In this document: in pieces, positions 8,643 to 17,007 of the stretch
Position numbering within the stretch: the stretch's first letter is position 1
Layout of the letters: each line of letters starts with the position of its first letter
From: Verrucomicrobiota bacterium
GTDB lineage: Bacteria > Verrucomicrobiota > Verrucomicrobiia > Limisphaerales > UBA9464
DNA: 64,000 bases
Direction: 5' to 3'
NCBI GenBank assembly: GCA_016871615.1
Contig: VHCX01000005.1
Span: 21,868 to 85,867 of the forward strand
Notes under the pieces: model-generated
The model's input: the letters and a program-made list of their open reading frames with translations, nothing else
What the model was told of the DNA's origin: nothing
Databases searched by the model: none
Program-made: the position numbers and the translations under genes

Positions 8643-9662
8643 ATGAGAGGACAGCGCCTGTGTCGGCAGGGAGTGGGTCGGGGTCTCGGGTGGATGCTCG
8701 GGCTGGCCGCGGCGCTGCTGGCGCCACTGGGGCTCCTCACCCCGCCGGACCTCGCGCGGGCGCAGGCCCCGGTGCCCTTCAACGGCATCCAGGCCATCGT
8801 CAACGACACGGTCATCAGCCGCGACCAGGTGCTGGGCGCCGCGCAACGCGAATTGGTCGCGGCGGGGCGCACGGCGACCTCCGAGCAGCAGTACCTGGCG
8901 CGCCGGGCCAAGATCCTGGAAGACCAGCTCGAGCAGCTCATCGACCGCCAGCTCATCCTCGACGAGTTCAAGGAGAAGGGCTACGCGTTCCCCGAATCCT
9001 ACGTCGACGACCAGGTGCGGGATCGCATCCGCCGCCAGTTCGGTGGCGACCGGGTGGCACTGACCCGGACCCTTCGGGCCGAGAACCGCACCTTCGAGCA
9101 GTTCAAGAAGGAGGAGCGCGACGACATGATCGTCTACTCGATGAGCGCACGGAACATCCGCGACGAGCTGATCATCTCGCCGAAGAAGATCCAGAACTAC
9201 TACCAGACCAACCAGGCCCGCTTCCGCATCGGCAACCGGGTCAAGCTGCGGATGATCGTGATCGACCGCGCCAAGCACACGCCCGAGGACGCGGCTCGCC
9301 TGGCCTCCGAGGCCCTGGCCAAGCTCCAGGCCGGGGGCGACTTCGCCAAGGTGGCGACCGAATACTCCGACGACGCCCGGCGGTACAAGGGCGGCGACCG
9401 CGGATGGACCGAGGAGAGCGCCCTCAACGAGGCCCTGCGCGAGGTAGCCTTCGGCCTGCCCACGGGACAGATGAGCGGGATCGTCGAGGTCCAGGGCTCG
9501 CGCTTCATCCTCAAGGTGGAGGACAAGCAGGCCACCGGCGTCCGGTCGCTGGCCGAGGCCCGGCAGGAGATCGTGACGCTCCTGAAGGACTCGGAACGGC
9601 AACGCCTCCAGAGGCAGTGGCTAGCCAAGCTGCGCAAGAAGGGCTTCGTCCGGTATTTCTGA
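8643..9662 (+). CDS. SurA-like periplasmic chaperone / parvulin-type peptidyl-prolyl isomerase
   Basis: Signal-like N-terminus, a SurA N-terminal-like helical region and a PpiC rotamase block 'VKLRMIVI....A...L..GGDFAKVA.EYSDD.....GGD.GW......L......A.F.L..G..S.IVE......ILKVED'. It lies directly upstream of pdxA, as in the enterobacterial surA-pdxA arrangement. Confidence 0.8.
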   Translation: MRGQRLCRQGVGRGLGWMLGLAAALLAPLGLLTPPDLARAQAPVPFNGIQAIVNDTVISRDQVLGAAQRELVAAGRTATSEQQYLARRAKILEDQLEQLIDRQLILDEFKEKGYAFPESYVDDQVRDRIRRQFGGDRVALTRTLRAENRTFEQFKKEERDDMIVYSMSARNIRDELIISPKKIQNYYQTNQARFRIGNRVKLRMIVIDRAKHTPEDAARLASEALAKLQAGGDFAKVATEYSDDARRYKGGDRGWTEESALNEALREVAFGLPTGQMSGIVEVQGSRFILKVEDKQATGVRSLAEARQEIVTLLKDSERQRLQRQWLAKLRKKGFVRYF

Positions 9663-9739
9663 ACCCCACGGGGCCCGGCACCGATCCCGGGCCCGCTCGG
9701 GCAACCCGGCCCGCTTCCCGGGGCAACCCTTCACGCCTC

Positions 9740-10771
9740 ATGATCCTCGGCATCCCCTTGGGCGACGTCACGGGCATCGGCCCGGAGGTGGCACTGCGCG
9801 CCGTGGCCCGGCTGGCAGGCGAGGAGGCCGACATCCGCCACGTGCTGGTGGGCGACCCCGGGGTGGTGCGACGCCTCTGTGGGTTGATGGGCCTCGAATC
9901 GGACCTGCCGCTCTGGCGGGGCACCGCTTCGGAACCCTCGCGAGTCTACCTGCTCCCCGTGTCGGACACCGAATTGCCCGAGGACCTTCGCCCGGGCGAC
10001 CCGCTGGCCGCGCTGTCGGCGGTGGCCGCGCTGCGCGAGGGGGCCACGCGCTGCCTCTCGGGCGAGTTCGACGGGCTGGTCACCGCCCCGGTGAACAAGG
10101 CCTCGATCCTGGAGGCCGGAGTACCCTTCGTGGGTCAGACGGAGTTCCTGGCGGAGCTGGCCGGGGTGTCCCGGGTGGCGATGATGCTGCTCGGTCACGA
10201 CCCGGCCGGCCGCTGGCTGCGGGTGTCGCTGGCCACCACGCACCTGCCCGTGGCGAAGGTCCCGGCAGCCTTGACCGTGTCGGCAATCGCCGAAGTCGTC
10301 GCCCTCACCGCCGAGGCCTGCGGCCTGCTGGGCCTGCCCCGGCGGCGCGTGGGGGTCTGCGGGCTCAACCCGCACGCCGGCGAGGGCGGCCACCTGGGCC
10401 GCGAGGAGATCAAGGTGGTGGCCCCGGCCGTCGCCCGGGCCCGGGCCGCCGGCGGCGACGTGCACGGGCCGTTCGCGGCCGACACGCTCTTCCACCAGGT
10501 CTACCGGGGCGACTACGACGCGGTGGTGGCGATGTACCACGACCAGGGCCTCGTGCCCCTGAAGATGGTGGCCTTCGACACCGGGGTGAACTGGACCCTC
10601 GGGCTGCCCTTCGTGCGCATGTCGCCCGACCACGGCACGGCCCACGACATCGCCGGCAAGGGCCTCGCCGACCCGGCCAGCATGGAGTCGGCCCTGCGAC
10701 TGGCCGCGACGGTGGCCTCCACCGGCATCCCCTGCTGGCGTGCCCGGGCCGGGGATGGCAGACTGACTTGA
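9740..10771 (+). CDS. pdxA: 4-hydroxythreonine-4-phosphate dehydrogenase PdxA
   Basis: 'GD.TGIGPEV', 'LVTAPVNK', 'GQTEFLA', 'GLNPHAGEGG.LG.EE', 'MYHDQGL.PLK' and 'SPDHGTA.DIAGKG.ADP'. Confidence 0.92.
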   Translation: MILGIPLGDVTGIGPEVALRAVARLAGEEADIRHVLVGDPGVVRRLCGLMGLESDLPLWRGTASEPSRVYLLPVSDTELPEDLRPGDPLAALSAVAALREGATRCLSGEFDGLVTAPVNKASILEAGVPFVGQTEFLAELAGVSRVAMMLLGHDPAGRWLRVSLATTHLPVAKVPAALTVSAIAEVVALTAEACGLLGLPRRRVGVCGLNPHAGEGGHLGREEIKVVAPAVARARAAGGDVHGPFAADTLFHQVYRGDYDAVVAMYHDQGLVPLKMVAFDTGVNWTLGLPFVRMSPDHGTAHDIAGKGLADPASMESALRLAATVASTGIPCWRARAGDGRLT

Positions 10772-10787
10772 GTCACCCCATCCCGAC

Positions 10788-12035
10788 ATGACCCCGACCG
10801 AGATCCTCCGATTCGGCCTCCGCGGCCTCTGGACCGCCACGCTCCTGGCCCTCGGCCTGACGGCCGACTCGGCCAAGGAGGCCAGCCTCCTGGGTTCGGC
10901 CCAGGGGTCGCCGGTGCCCGGCGCCATCGCCGCAAACCCCGGGGGATCCGGCCACCGCCTGAGCCTCTCCAACGGCGTGGCCCGCGTGCCCGTGGCCGTG
11001 GTGCGGGGCACGCCCCACCAGATGGGCCGCCATCTCGGGCGGCTGATGCGCGAGGAGATCGCACGCCTGGCGCCGGCGACCCTGGCGGGCTTCAAGAGCG
11101 AGCTGAAGGTGGGCGACGAGACGCTCGACCAGGCCTGGGCGCTGACCGCCGGACACACCGACCCGAGGGTGCTCCAGCAAATCGCCGGGCTGGCCGAGGG
11201 CAGTGGCCAGCCGGTGCGCCTGCTCCAGCATCTCCACTGCCTGCCGCTGCTCATGCCCTACTCGTGCAGCAGCATCGCCGCCTGGGGCGAGGCCACCGAG
11301 GACGGCCACCTCTACCAGACGCGCAACCTCGACTGGTCGCTCAAGGCCGGTGCCCACGAGTTCCCCGTGCTGGTGGTGTACATCCCGGATCGCGGGCACG
11401 CCCATGTCACGCCTTCCTTCGCCGGGTTCCTGGGCGCCCACTGCGGCATGAACTCGCGCGGCATCGTGCTCTCGGAGATCGGCGACGCCTCGGCCAAGGA
11501 GATGCCCTACGACCTGCACGCCCCCCATTTCACCTCGTGGTTCCGGTCGATCCTCTTCGACGCCGACTCGCTGGGCGGGGCCATCGACCTGTTCGGCCGG
11601 ATCCCCCCGACCAAGGCCTACCACTTCGTCTTCGGCGACGGGCGCACCGAAAAGCGGTCGGTGAAGATCCGCGCCCACACCGGGGGCGGGCGGCCGAAAC
11701 CGCTCATCGACGTCTGGAAGGACAACGACGCGGCCGACGAGCTGGCGCCGAGCGTCCTCTCGTGCGTGGTGTACCACGACGAGGGCCGGGGGGCCTTCCC
11801 GACCCTGCGGGAGCAGCGCGGCCGGCTCAACGGGCCGCGCCTGATCGACCTGGCCAACCGCATCCCGATCCGGGGCAGCAACGTGATGAACGCGGTCTTC
11901 GACGCCAGCGCGCTGCGGCTCTGGGTGAGCTATGCGGGCGGAGAACTCGAGGCCTACCAGCGCCCTTATGTCTTCCTGGACCTGGCCACGCTGGATGCCG
12001 ACCGCGACGGCCGGTCGGACATCACGGGGCGATGA
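10788..12035 (+). CDS. Peptidase C45 family protein (acyl-CoA:6-aminopenicillanic-acid acyltransferase-like Ntn hydrolase), exported
   Basis: Signal-like N-terminus. 'YSCSSIAAWGEAT.DG.LYQTRNLDW' carries the candidate nucleophile Cys. 'FAGFLGAHCGMNSRGIVL' matches the C45 core. Confidence 0.7.
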   Translation: MTPTEILRFGLRGLWTATLLALGLTADSAKEASLLGSAQGSPVPGAIAANPGGSGHRLSLSNGVARVPVAVVRGTPHQMGRHLGRLMREEIARLAPATLAGFKSELKVGDETLDQAWALTAGHTDPRVLQQIAGLAEGSGQPVRLLQHLHCLPLLMPYSCSSIAAWGEATEDGHLYQTRNLDWSLKAGAHEFPVLVVYIPDRGHAHVTPSFAGFLGAHCGMNSRGIVLSEIGDASAKEMPYDLHAPHFTSWFRSILFDADSLGGAIDLFGRIPPTKAYHFVFGDGRTEKRSVKIRAHTGGGRPKPLIDVWKDNDAADELAPSVLSCVVYHDEGRGAFPTLREQRGRLNGPRLIDLANRIPIRGSNVMNAVFDASALRLWVSYAGGELEAYQRPYVFLDLATLDADRDGRSDITGR

Positions 12036-12069
12036 CCGAAGGCCGGTCAACGGGACAGGCGGGTGTCGT

Positions 12070-12516
12070 TCAACCGCCCGTCACCGCCAGAAGGATCCGG
12101 GCGATCGCCTCGTTCTGGGGTCCGACGGCGACGTCGGCGATCGTGTATTGATCCAGGGTGGCGTAGAAGGCGGACATGGCCTGGGTCAGGGCGCCCTGGA
12201 CCCGGCAGTGGCCGGCGATGCGGCAGGAGTTGGTCTTCGGATCGAAGCATTCCATGATCGTGTGCTGGTCCTCGGTCTGCCGAAACAGCTTGCCCAGCCG
12301 CACCTCCGAGGCGGGCTGGGCCAACCGGCAACCGCCGCCCCGACCCCGGCGGGTCTCGAGGTACCCCAACTGGCCCAACCGGTGGACGACCTGGGCGAGG
12401 TGGTTGCGGGAGATGCCATAGGCCTTGGATACGTCCTTCAGTTGAAACTGACCCTCCCTCAGGGAGGCGTAGATGAGCACCCGAAGCGAATAATCGCTAA
12501 AAAGGCTGAGTTTCAT
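12070..12516 (-). CDS. Rrf2-family transcriptional regulator (NsrR/IscR-like, predicted Fe-S binding)
   Basis: 'MKLSLFSDYSLRVLIYA', a wHTH 'ISRNHLAQVVHRLGQLGYLETRRGRGGG' and the three-Cys cluster ligand motif 'CFDPKTNSCRIAGHC'. Confidence 0.9.
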   Translation of the reverse strand: MKLSLFSDYSLRVLIYASLREGQFQLKDVSKAYGISRNHLAQVVHRLGQLGYLETRRGRGGGCRLAQPASEVRLGKLFRQTEDQHTIMECFDPKTNSCRIAGHCRVQGALTQAMSAFYATLDQYTIADVAVGPQNEAIARILLAVTGG

Positions 12517-12593
12517 GCAAAGGAGGGTGAGACGGGAGAACCCATCGGGCGACTCGGGCCCCCGGCGCCCGGTTACAATCAAAAGACAGGTTT

Positions 12594-12620
12594 TTTGGGG
12601 GACCCCAAATCCACGCGTAA
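12594..12620. promoter_or_regulatory. Candidate operator: palindrome TTTGGGG-GA-CCCCAAA followed by CCACGCGTAA, in the Rrf2/TPMT divergent region
   Basis: Read directly: 12594-12609 is a 7+7 palindrome. 12611-12620 'ccacgcgtaa' recurs as its reverse complement 'ttacgcgtgg' at 12773-12782. It lies about 80-100 nt upstream of the Rrf2 start in a locally low-GC stretch. Confidence 0.3.
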
Positions 12621-12751
12621 GAAACGATGGTGTTCTCTTCCGCCCCGCTGGGTTAAGACCTCAAACCCTGTGCCAACTCTTCGATGTAGCGCTCGGCGCT
12701 TCGTAGGAGGTTCGGACGCCAACCCGCTCTCTTCCGGCTCGGAGTGCCCGA

Positions 12752-12799
12752 CCGAGGTCCCCAAAAAAGTGTTTACGCGTGGTTCATGGGGGACCTCGG
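12752..12799. promoter_or_regulatory. 11-bp-stem inverted repeat (ccgaggtcccc / ggggacctcgg) with a 26-nt loop, 44 nt upstream of the TPMT start
   Basis: 12752-12762 is the exact reverse complement of 12789-12799. The loop contains 'ttacgcgtgg', the mate of 12611-12620. The function is unknown: it could be an operator, a 5'-UTR hairpin or an attenuator. Confidence 0.3.
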
Positions 12800-12842
12800 C
12801 GGCTTTCCATCAGGCCCCCGGGGTGATCCCATCGGAACGGGC

Positions 12843-13511
12843 ATGAAACACGGGTTCTGGGACGAGCGCTGGCGGCAGGGGCAGATCGGATTCCATCTGG
12901 GCCGGCCCCATGACTGGCTGGTGGAGGCGGCCCACCGGTTCCCGCCGCAGGCCCGGGTGTATGTGCCGCTCTGTGGCAAGGCCGTCGACCTGGTCTGGCT
13001 CCGGGACCGGGGCCACGAGGTCATCGGTTGCGAGTTCGTGGCCCGCGCCATCGAGGAGTTCTTCCGCGAACAGGGCCTTGAGGCGGCGACCGAGCACCGG
13101 GTGGCCGGCAGGGGCACGCCGTTCGAGTGCCACCGGACGCCGGGCCTGAGCCTCCTCCGGGGCGACGCGCTGGAAACCGACCCGGATCTCCTGGGAGGCC
13201 CCGTGGACGTGATCTTCGACCGGGCCGCGCTCGTGGCGCTGGATCCCGCCTGCCGGACCCGCTACGTCGACGGCCTGCACCGGCTGCTCCGCCCGGGAGG
13301 GCACGTGCTGCTCATCGCCTTCGCCTACGAGCAGTCCCTCGTCGAAGGCCCCCCCTGGTCCGTCGACGCCGGCACGATCGAACGACTCTTCAGTGACCGG
13401 TTCCGCCTCGAAACGCTGGCGGTCCGGGCCGAGGAGGGAAGCCCGCGGTTCCAGGCGGCCGGAGTCGCGGCCATGGAAGAACGCTGCTGCTGGCTGACCC
13501 GAAGGGATTGA
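12843..13511 (+). CDS. tpm: Thiopurine S-methyltransferase (TPMT/Tpm family SAM-dependent methyltransferase)
   Basis: 'FWDERW..GQIGFH', 'VYVPLCGKAVDLVWL...GHEV.G.E....AI..FF', 'D.IFDRAALVAL....R..Y' and 'GPP.SV'. Confidence 0.85.
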   Translation: MKHGFWDERWRQGQIGFHLGRPHDWLVEAAHRFPPQARVYVPLCGKAVDLVWLRDRGHEVIGCEFVARAIEEFFREQGLEAATEHRVAGRGTPFECHRTPGLSLLRGDALETDPDLLGGPVDVIFDRAALVALDPACRTRYVDGLHRLLRPGGHVLLIAFAYEQSLVEGPPWSVDAGTIERLFSDRFRLETLAVRAEEGSPRFQAAGVAAMEERCCWLTRRD

Positions 13512-14004
13512 CCCCCGAAGGTCGGACCGCCCGCGGCGGGTGTCCCGCTGGCTGGCCCATGGCGCGCTGGCCCGCCCACGGGCCGATCACTTCCCGACCC
13601 TACCCCCGACCCTCCCCCCGGACCCGACCCGGACCGGCATCGCGGCATCCCGCCCCATGGCGGAGAGGCGGAGGGCCGCCGACGGTGCATCCGGCAAACC
13701 CCGGTGTGGGTTCCGATTCGGGTCCCGATCGGGACCGGAGACCCCGGCCGCAGATCCCAAGCCGCAACCGACGAAGGCCCCAATGCAACCCATCCATCTC
13801 CGAGGCGGAGCCTCCCCGATCCACCATCCCTGCCAGGCCGCCGTGGCCATCAAGGGACCGTCCGCCATGGCCTTCCTCCGGCGATCACGGGAGCGGAGTC
13901 GCCGCCGAGGCCACCGGCCGGAGGAGGCCGCACGGAAGCATCGCCCCCCCGGGCCACGATTGCCTGCCCCAGTGAGCGCGGGCCGGGCCTCCTGGACGGC
14001 GGCC

Positions 14005-16893
14005 TCAGCCGGTGGTCCGGAGGCCGCTGGCGATGGCGTTGACCGTGAGCAACAGGTCCGGCAGGCAGGCCTGCGCCCCCTCGACATCGCCCAAGCGGTG
14101 AAGGGACCGCCACCGCCGAAGCAGTGCGATCTGTTGCCGGTGGAGCAGCCGCAGGGGTTCCACCCGGAGCGCGAGCGTCCGTCCCAGGCGGGGCCGGTGG
14201 CGGGCGAACTCGGTCCCCAGCACCCGCGCCAGGTGATGCTGGGTCCGGTGCCACTCGGCCTCGATCCGCGCCCACAGGCGTTCCCGGAGGGCCTCGTCCT
14301 CCACCAGCAAGGCGTAGTCGCGCATCACCTCCAGGTCGCTGCTGGCCAGCGACGTCTCGATGTTGGTGACGAGGTAGCGCAGGAACGGCACCGACCGGAC
14401 ATGGTCGCGCAGCAGGGCGGTCCCGGCCTCCGGGAGGGTCTCAAGGGCGCTGCCGGCCCCATACCAGCCGGTGAGGTAGAACCTCGCCTGCGTCCAGGAG
14501 AACACCCAGGGGATGGCCCGGAGGTCCGCGAGGCTGGCCTGCCCCGTGCGCCGCGAGGGCCGGGAGCCGATGCGGGTGTTCTCGAGGGCGTCGAGCGGCG
14601 TGGCCTGTCGATGGAAGGTCAGGAAACCCTCGCTCTCCAGCAGGGATCGATACTCGCGGCTGGACTCGGCGGCCAGGCGGTCCATCACCGGCACCAGACC
14701 TTCCGGGAAGGCGCCTCCCCGCCGGTGATGCCAGGTGGTCGCGGTGACACCGGCCAGGAGCAGCTCGAGGTTGTAGCGGGCGGTGCCCGGGTTGCCGTAC
14801 TTCTGCGCGATGGTCTCGCCCTGCTCGGTCAGGCGGATCGAGCCGCCCAGGGAACCCGGCGGCAGGGCCTCGAGGAACCGATGGGTCGGACCCGCTCCAC
14901 GGCTGATGGTGCCGCCGCGGCCATGGAAGAACTGCACCTGGACCCCGGCCTGCTCGCCGACGCGGGCCAGACGGGCCTGTCCCCGCTGGAGGGCCCACTG
15001 GCTGGCCACGATGCCGGCGTCCTTGTTGGAATCGGAGTATCCGACCATGACCTGCTGGCGGGGGTGGCCGGGCCGGCCCGCACGGGCGGCGTGGTATGCC
15101 AGGCTCGCCCGCGTCACCGGGAACTCCAGGAAGGCACGGAGCATCTCCGGGCCGCGCTCGAGGTCCTCGACCGTCTCGAGCAGGGGCACCACGGGCAGCA
15201 GGCACACCATGCCCTCGGGATAGAGGCGCAGCAGGCCGGCCTCCCGGGCGAGCACATAGACGGCCAGCAGGTCGGAAAGCCGGCGCGTCATGCTCACGAT
15301 GAGCGCCCCGAGCCCGTCCACGCCATGGGTGCCCAGGTGGCCGGCCAGCACGCGGTAGGTCGCCAGCACGGCGTCGGCCTCCGGACCGGCCGAGGCCGAC
15401 GGGTGCAGGAACGGGCGGGGCGAACGGATCTCGCGCTCCAGCAGGCGCAGCCGCTCGGTCTCGGTCCACTCCTCCCACTGCGAGGCGTCGAGCCCGGCCG
15501 CGCAGAGCAGCTGCCGCAGCGCCCGGTCGTGGAAGGCGGAGTTCTGGCGGATGTCGAGATAGGCGAGATGGAAACCGACCGTCGCCAGCACCCGCCGCAC
15601 GGGGCCCACGTCGTGTTCGGCGAGGCGCGATGCGCCCGCCTCGACCAGCGAGGTCTGGAGGGTGCACAGGTCGGCGTCCAGCTCGGACGGGTCGCGGTAG
15701 CGCCCGGGCGCGTCGCACACCTTCGCCAGCTGGCCCGGCTGGACCTCGACGGGCAGCCGGGCCGCGAGCAGCTCGACGGTCTGCCGCCAGGGTTCTCCCG
15801 GGTGAACCTTCAAAAGGGGCCGGGCGGCGTCGCCCAACAGGGCCAGCGAGCGCTCGCGCAACGCCGTCAGGCTCGCCGGCGCGGGCTGGACCCACTCGGA
15901 GAGCGGCAACCGCTCGGCCAGCGCCCCGAGCTGGCGGTGTAGCACCACCAGGGCGTTGGCCCGAAGCCGCTCGAGGGTCTCGGCCGTCACCTCGGCCGTG
16001 ACCCCGGGATGGCCGTCGCGGTCGCCGCCCACCCAGGTGCCGAAGCGCAACGAGGGCACGCCGGGGCCCCTCTCGAGGGCCGACGGCGCGAGACCGGCAC
16101 GCTCCCAGGCCTGGCGCAGGCGGCGGTCCAGCTCCGGCAGCACCCCGGGCAGCACGTCGCGCAGGTAGTTGAGGACGTTGCGTCGCTCGTCGGCCACGGT
16201 CGGTTTCTCGAGGAGGATTTCGCCGGTCCTCCACAGGCGCTCGAGGAGGGCCGTCAGCTCGTCAGTGAGCCCGCGTCGCGCCGCCGGGTCGGAGGCGGCC
16301 TGGAGCAGCTGCATGAGGCGCCGGTGCTGCTCGAGCACCGAGGAACGCTTGGCCTCCGTCGGATGGGCCGTGAAGACCGGCTCCACCTCGACCGCCCGGA
16401 GCGCCTCAAGAAGGGATTCCGGGGTGGCCCCGGCGCGCACCAGCTCCATCAGCTGGTCGGACCACAGCCCGCGCTCGGCCTCGGGCGACCCGGAGAGCTC
16501 GCGCCGGTCGCGCAAGGTCTCCGAGACGCGCTCCTCGACGGTGTTCAGCAACTGGAAGGCCAGGGCCAGGGCCAGGCCCAGCCGCGGCGGCGGCTCGGCC
16601 ACGGCATCGGCGACGCCCGGCGCCCCGGGGCGCCAGGGAACCCACCGGGCCAGCTCCGGCTCGCCCAGCGCCGCGAGCACCTCGGCCAGCGCGCCAGAGA
16701 GCCAGCGGATGTCCTCGTCCATGCGCTGGAATCCCCATTCGATGGAATCGGCGGGGGCGATGGCGGCCGTTGCTGCTGCTGCAGCGGTGGTTTCCTGGGC
16801 GGGAACGGGGAGGGACGCTAGCATGGCGGGAGCGTGCTGGGGACCAGGTGTTTGGGCGACCGACGCCGGAGCTACTGCCACCCTTCGGGCCAT
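14005..16893 (-). CDS. ppc: Phosphoenolpyruvate carboxylase
   Basis: 'VFTAHPTEAKRSSV', 'MVGYSDSNKDAGI', 'FHGRGGTISRGAGP', 'RLTEQGE' and the C-terminal 'NAIASGLRTTG'. The start is ATG 16893; the alternative is ATG 16824. Confidence 0.95.
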   Translation of the reverse strand: MARRVAVAPASVAQTPGPQHAPAMLASLPVPAQETTAAAAATAAIAPADSIEWGFQRMDEDIRWLSGALAEVLAALGEPELARWVPWRPGAPGVADAVAEPPPRLGLALALAFQLLNTVEERVSETLRDRRELSGSPEAERGLWSDQLMELVRAGATPESLLEALRAVEVEPVFTAHPTEAKRSSVLEQHRRLMQLLQAASDPAARRGLTDELTALLERLWRTGEILLEKPTVADERRNVLNYLRDVLPGVLPELDRRLRQAWERAGLAPSALERGPGVPSLRFGTWVGGDRDGHPGVTAEVTAETLERLRANALVVLHRQLGALAERLPLSEWVQPAPASLTALRERSLALLGDAARPLLKVHPGEPWRQTVELLAARLPVEVQPGQLAKVCDAPGRYRDPSELDADLCTLQTSLVEAGASRLAEHDVGPVRRVLATVGFHLAYLDIRQNSAFHDRALRQLLCAAGLDASQWEEWTETERLRLLEREIRSPRPFLHPSASAGPEADAVLATYRVLAGHLGTHGVDGLGALIVSMTRRLSDLLAVYVLAREAGLLRLYPEGMVCLLPVVPLLETVEDLERGPEMLRAFLEFPVTRASLAYHAARAGRPGHPRQQVMVGYSDSNKDAGIVASQWALQRGQARLARVGEQAGVQVQFFHGRGGTISRGAGPTHRFLEALPPGSLGGSIRLTEQGETIAQKYGNPGTARYNLELLLAGVTATTWHHRRGGAFPEGLVPVMDRLAAESSREYRSLLESEGFLTFHRQATPLDALENTRIGSRPSRRTGQASLADLRAIPWVFSWTQARFYLTGWYGAGSALETLPEAGTALLRDHVRSVPFLRYLVTNIETSLASSDLEVMRDYALLVEDEALRERLWARIEAEWHRTQHHLARVLGTEFARHRPRLGRTLALRVEPLRLLHRQQIALLRRWRSLHRLGDVEGAQACLPDLLLTVNAIASGLRTTG

Positions 16894-17007
16894 CCGTCAA
16901 CCGGAGGACGCCGGAGGCCGGGCGCCGGCAGGATCGATTCCATCGATGCGCTTGCCCGGATTATCGATTGAACGGTCCACGCAACTTCAGGTCACAATCC
17001 GGTCGCC

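Noticed and set aside
7692-9602. The upstream 637 codons of the 819-aa minus ORF
   Set aside because: This part is antisense to the secreted-protein and SurA-like genes, which have signal peptides and parvulin motifs. Only the 3' YaeQ-like part was kept.
8643-10771. surA-like / pdxA adjacency as something unusual
   Set aside because: This is a well-known conserved arrangement (surA-pdxA in enterobacteria) and counts as ordinary housekeeping synteny.
13540-15942. An 800-aa forward ORF, and the 597-aa ORF 14441..16234, overlapping ppc
   Set aside because: These are antisense or off-frame shadows of phosphoenolpyruvate carboxylase, whose motifs are unmistakable on the minus strand.
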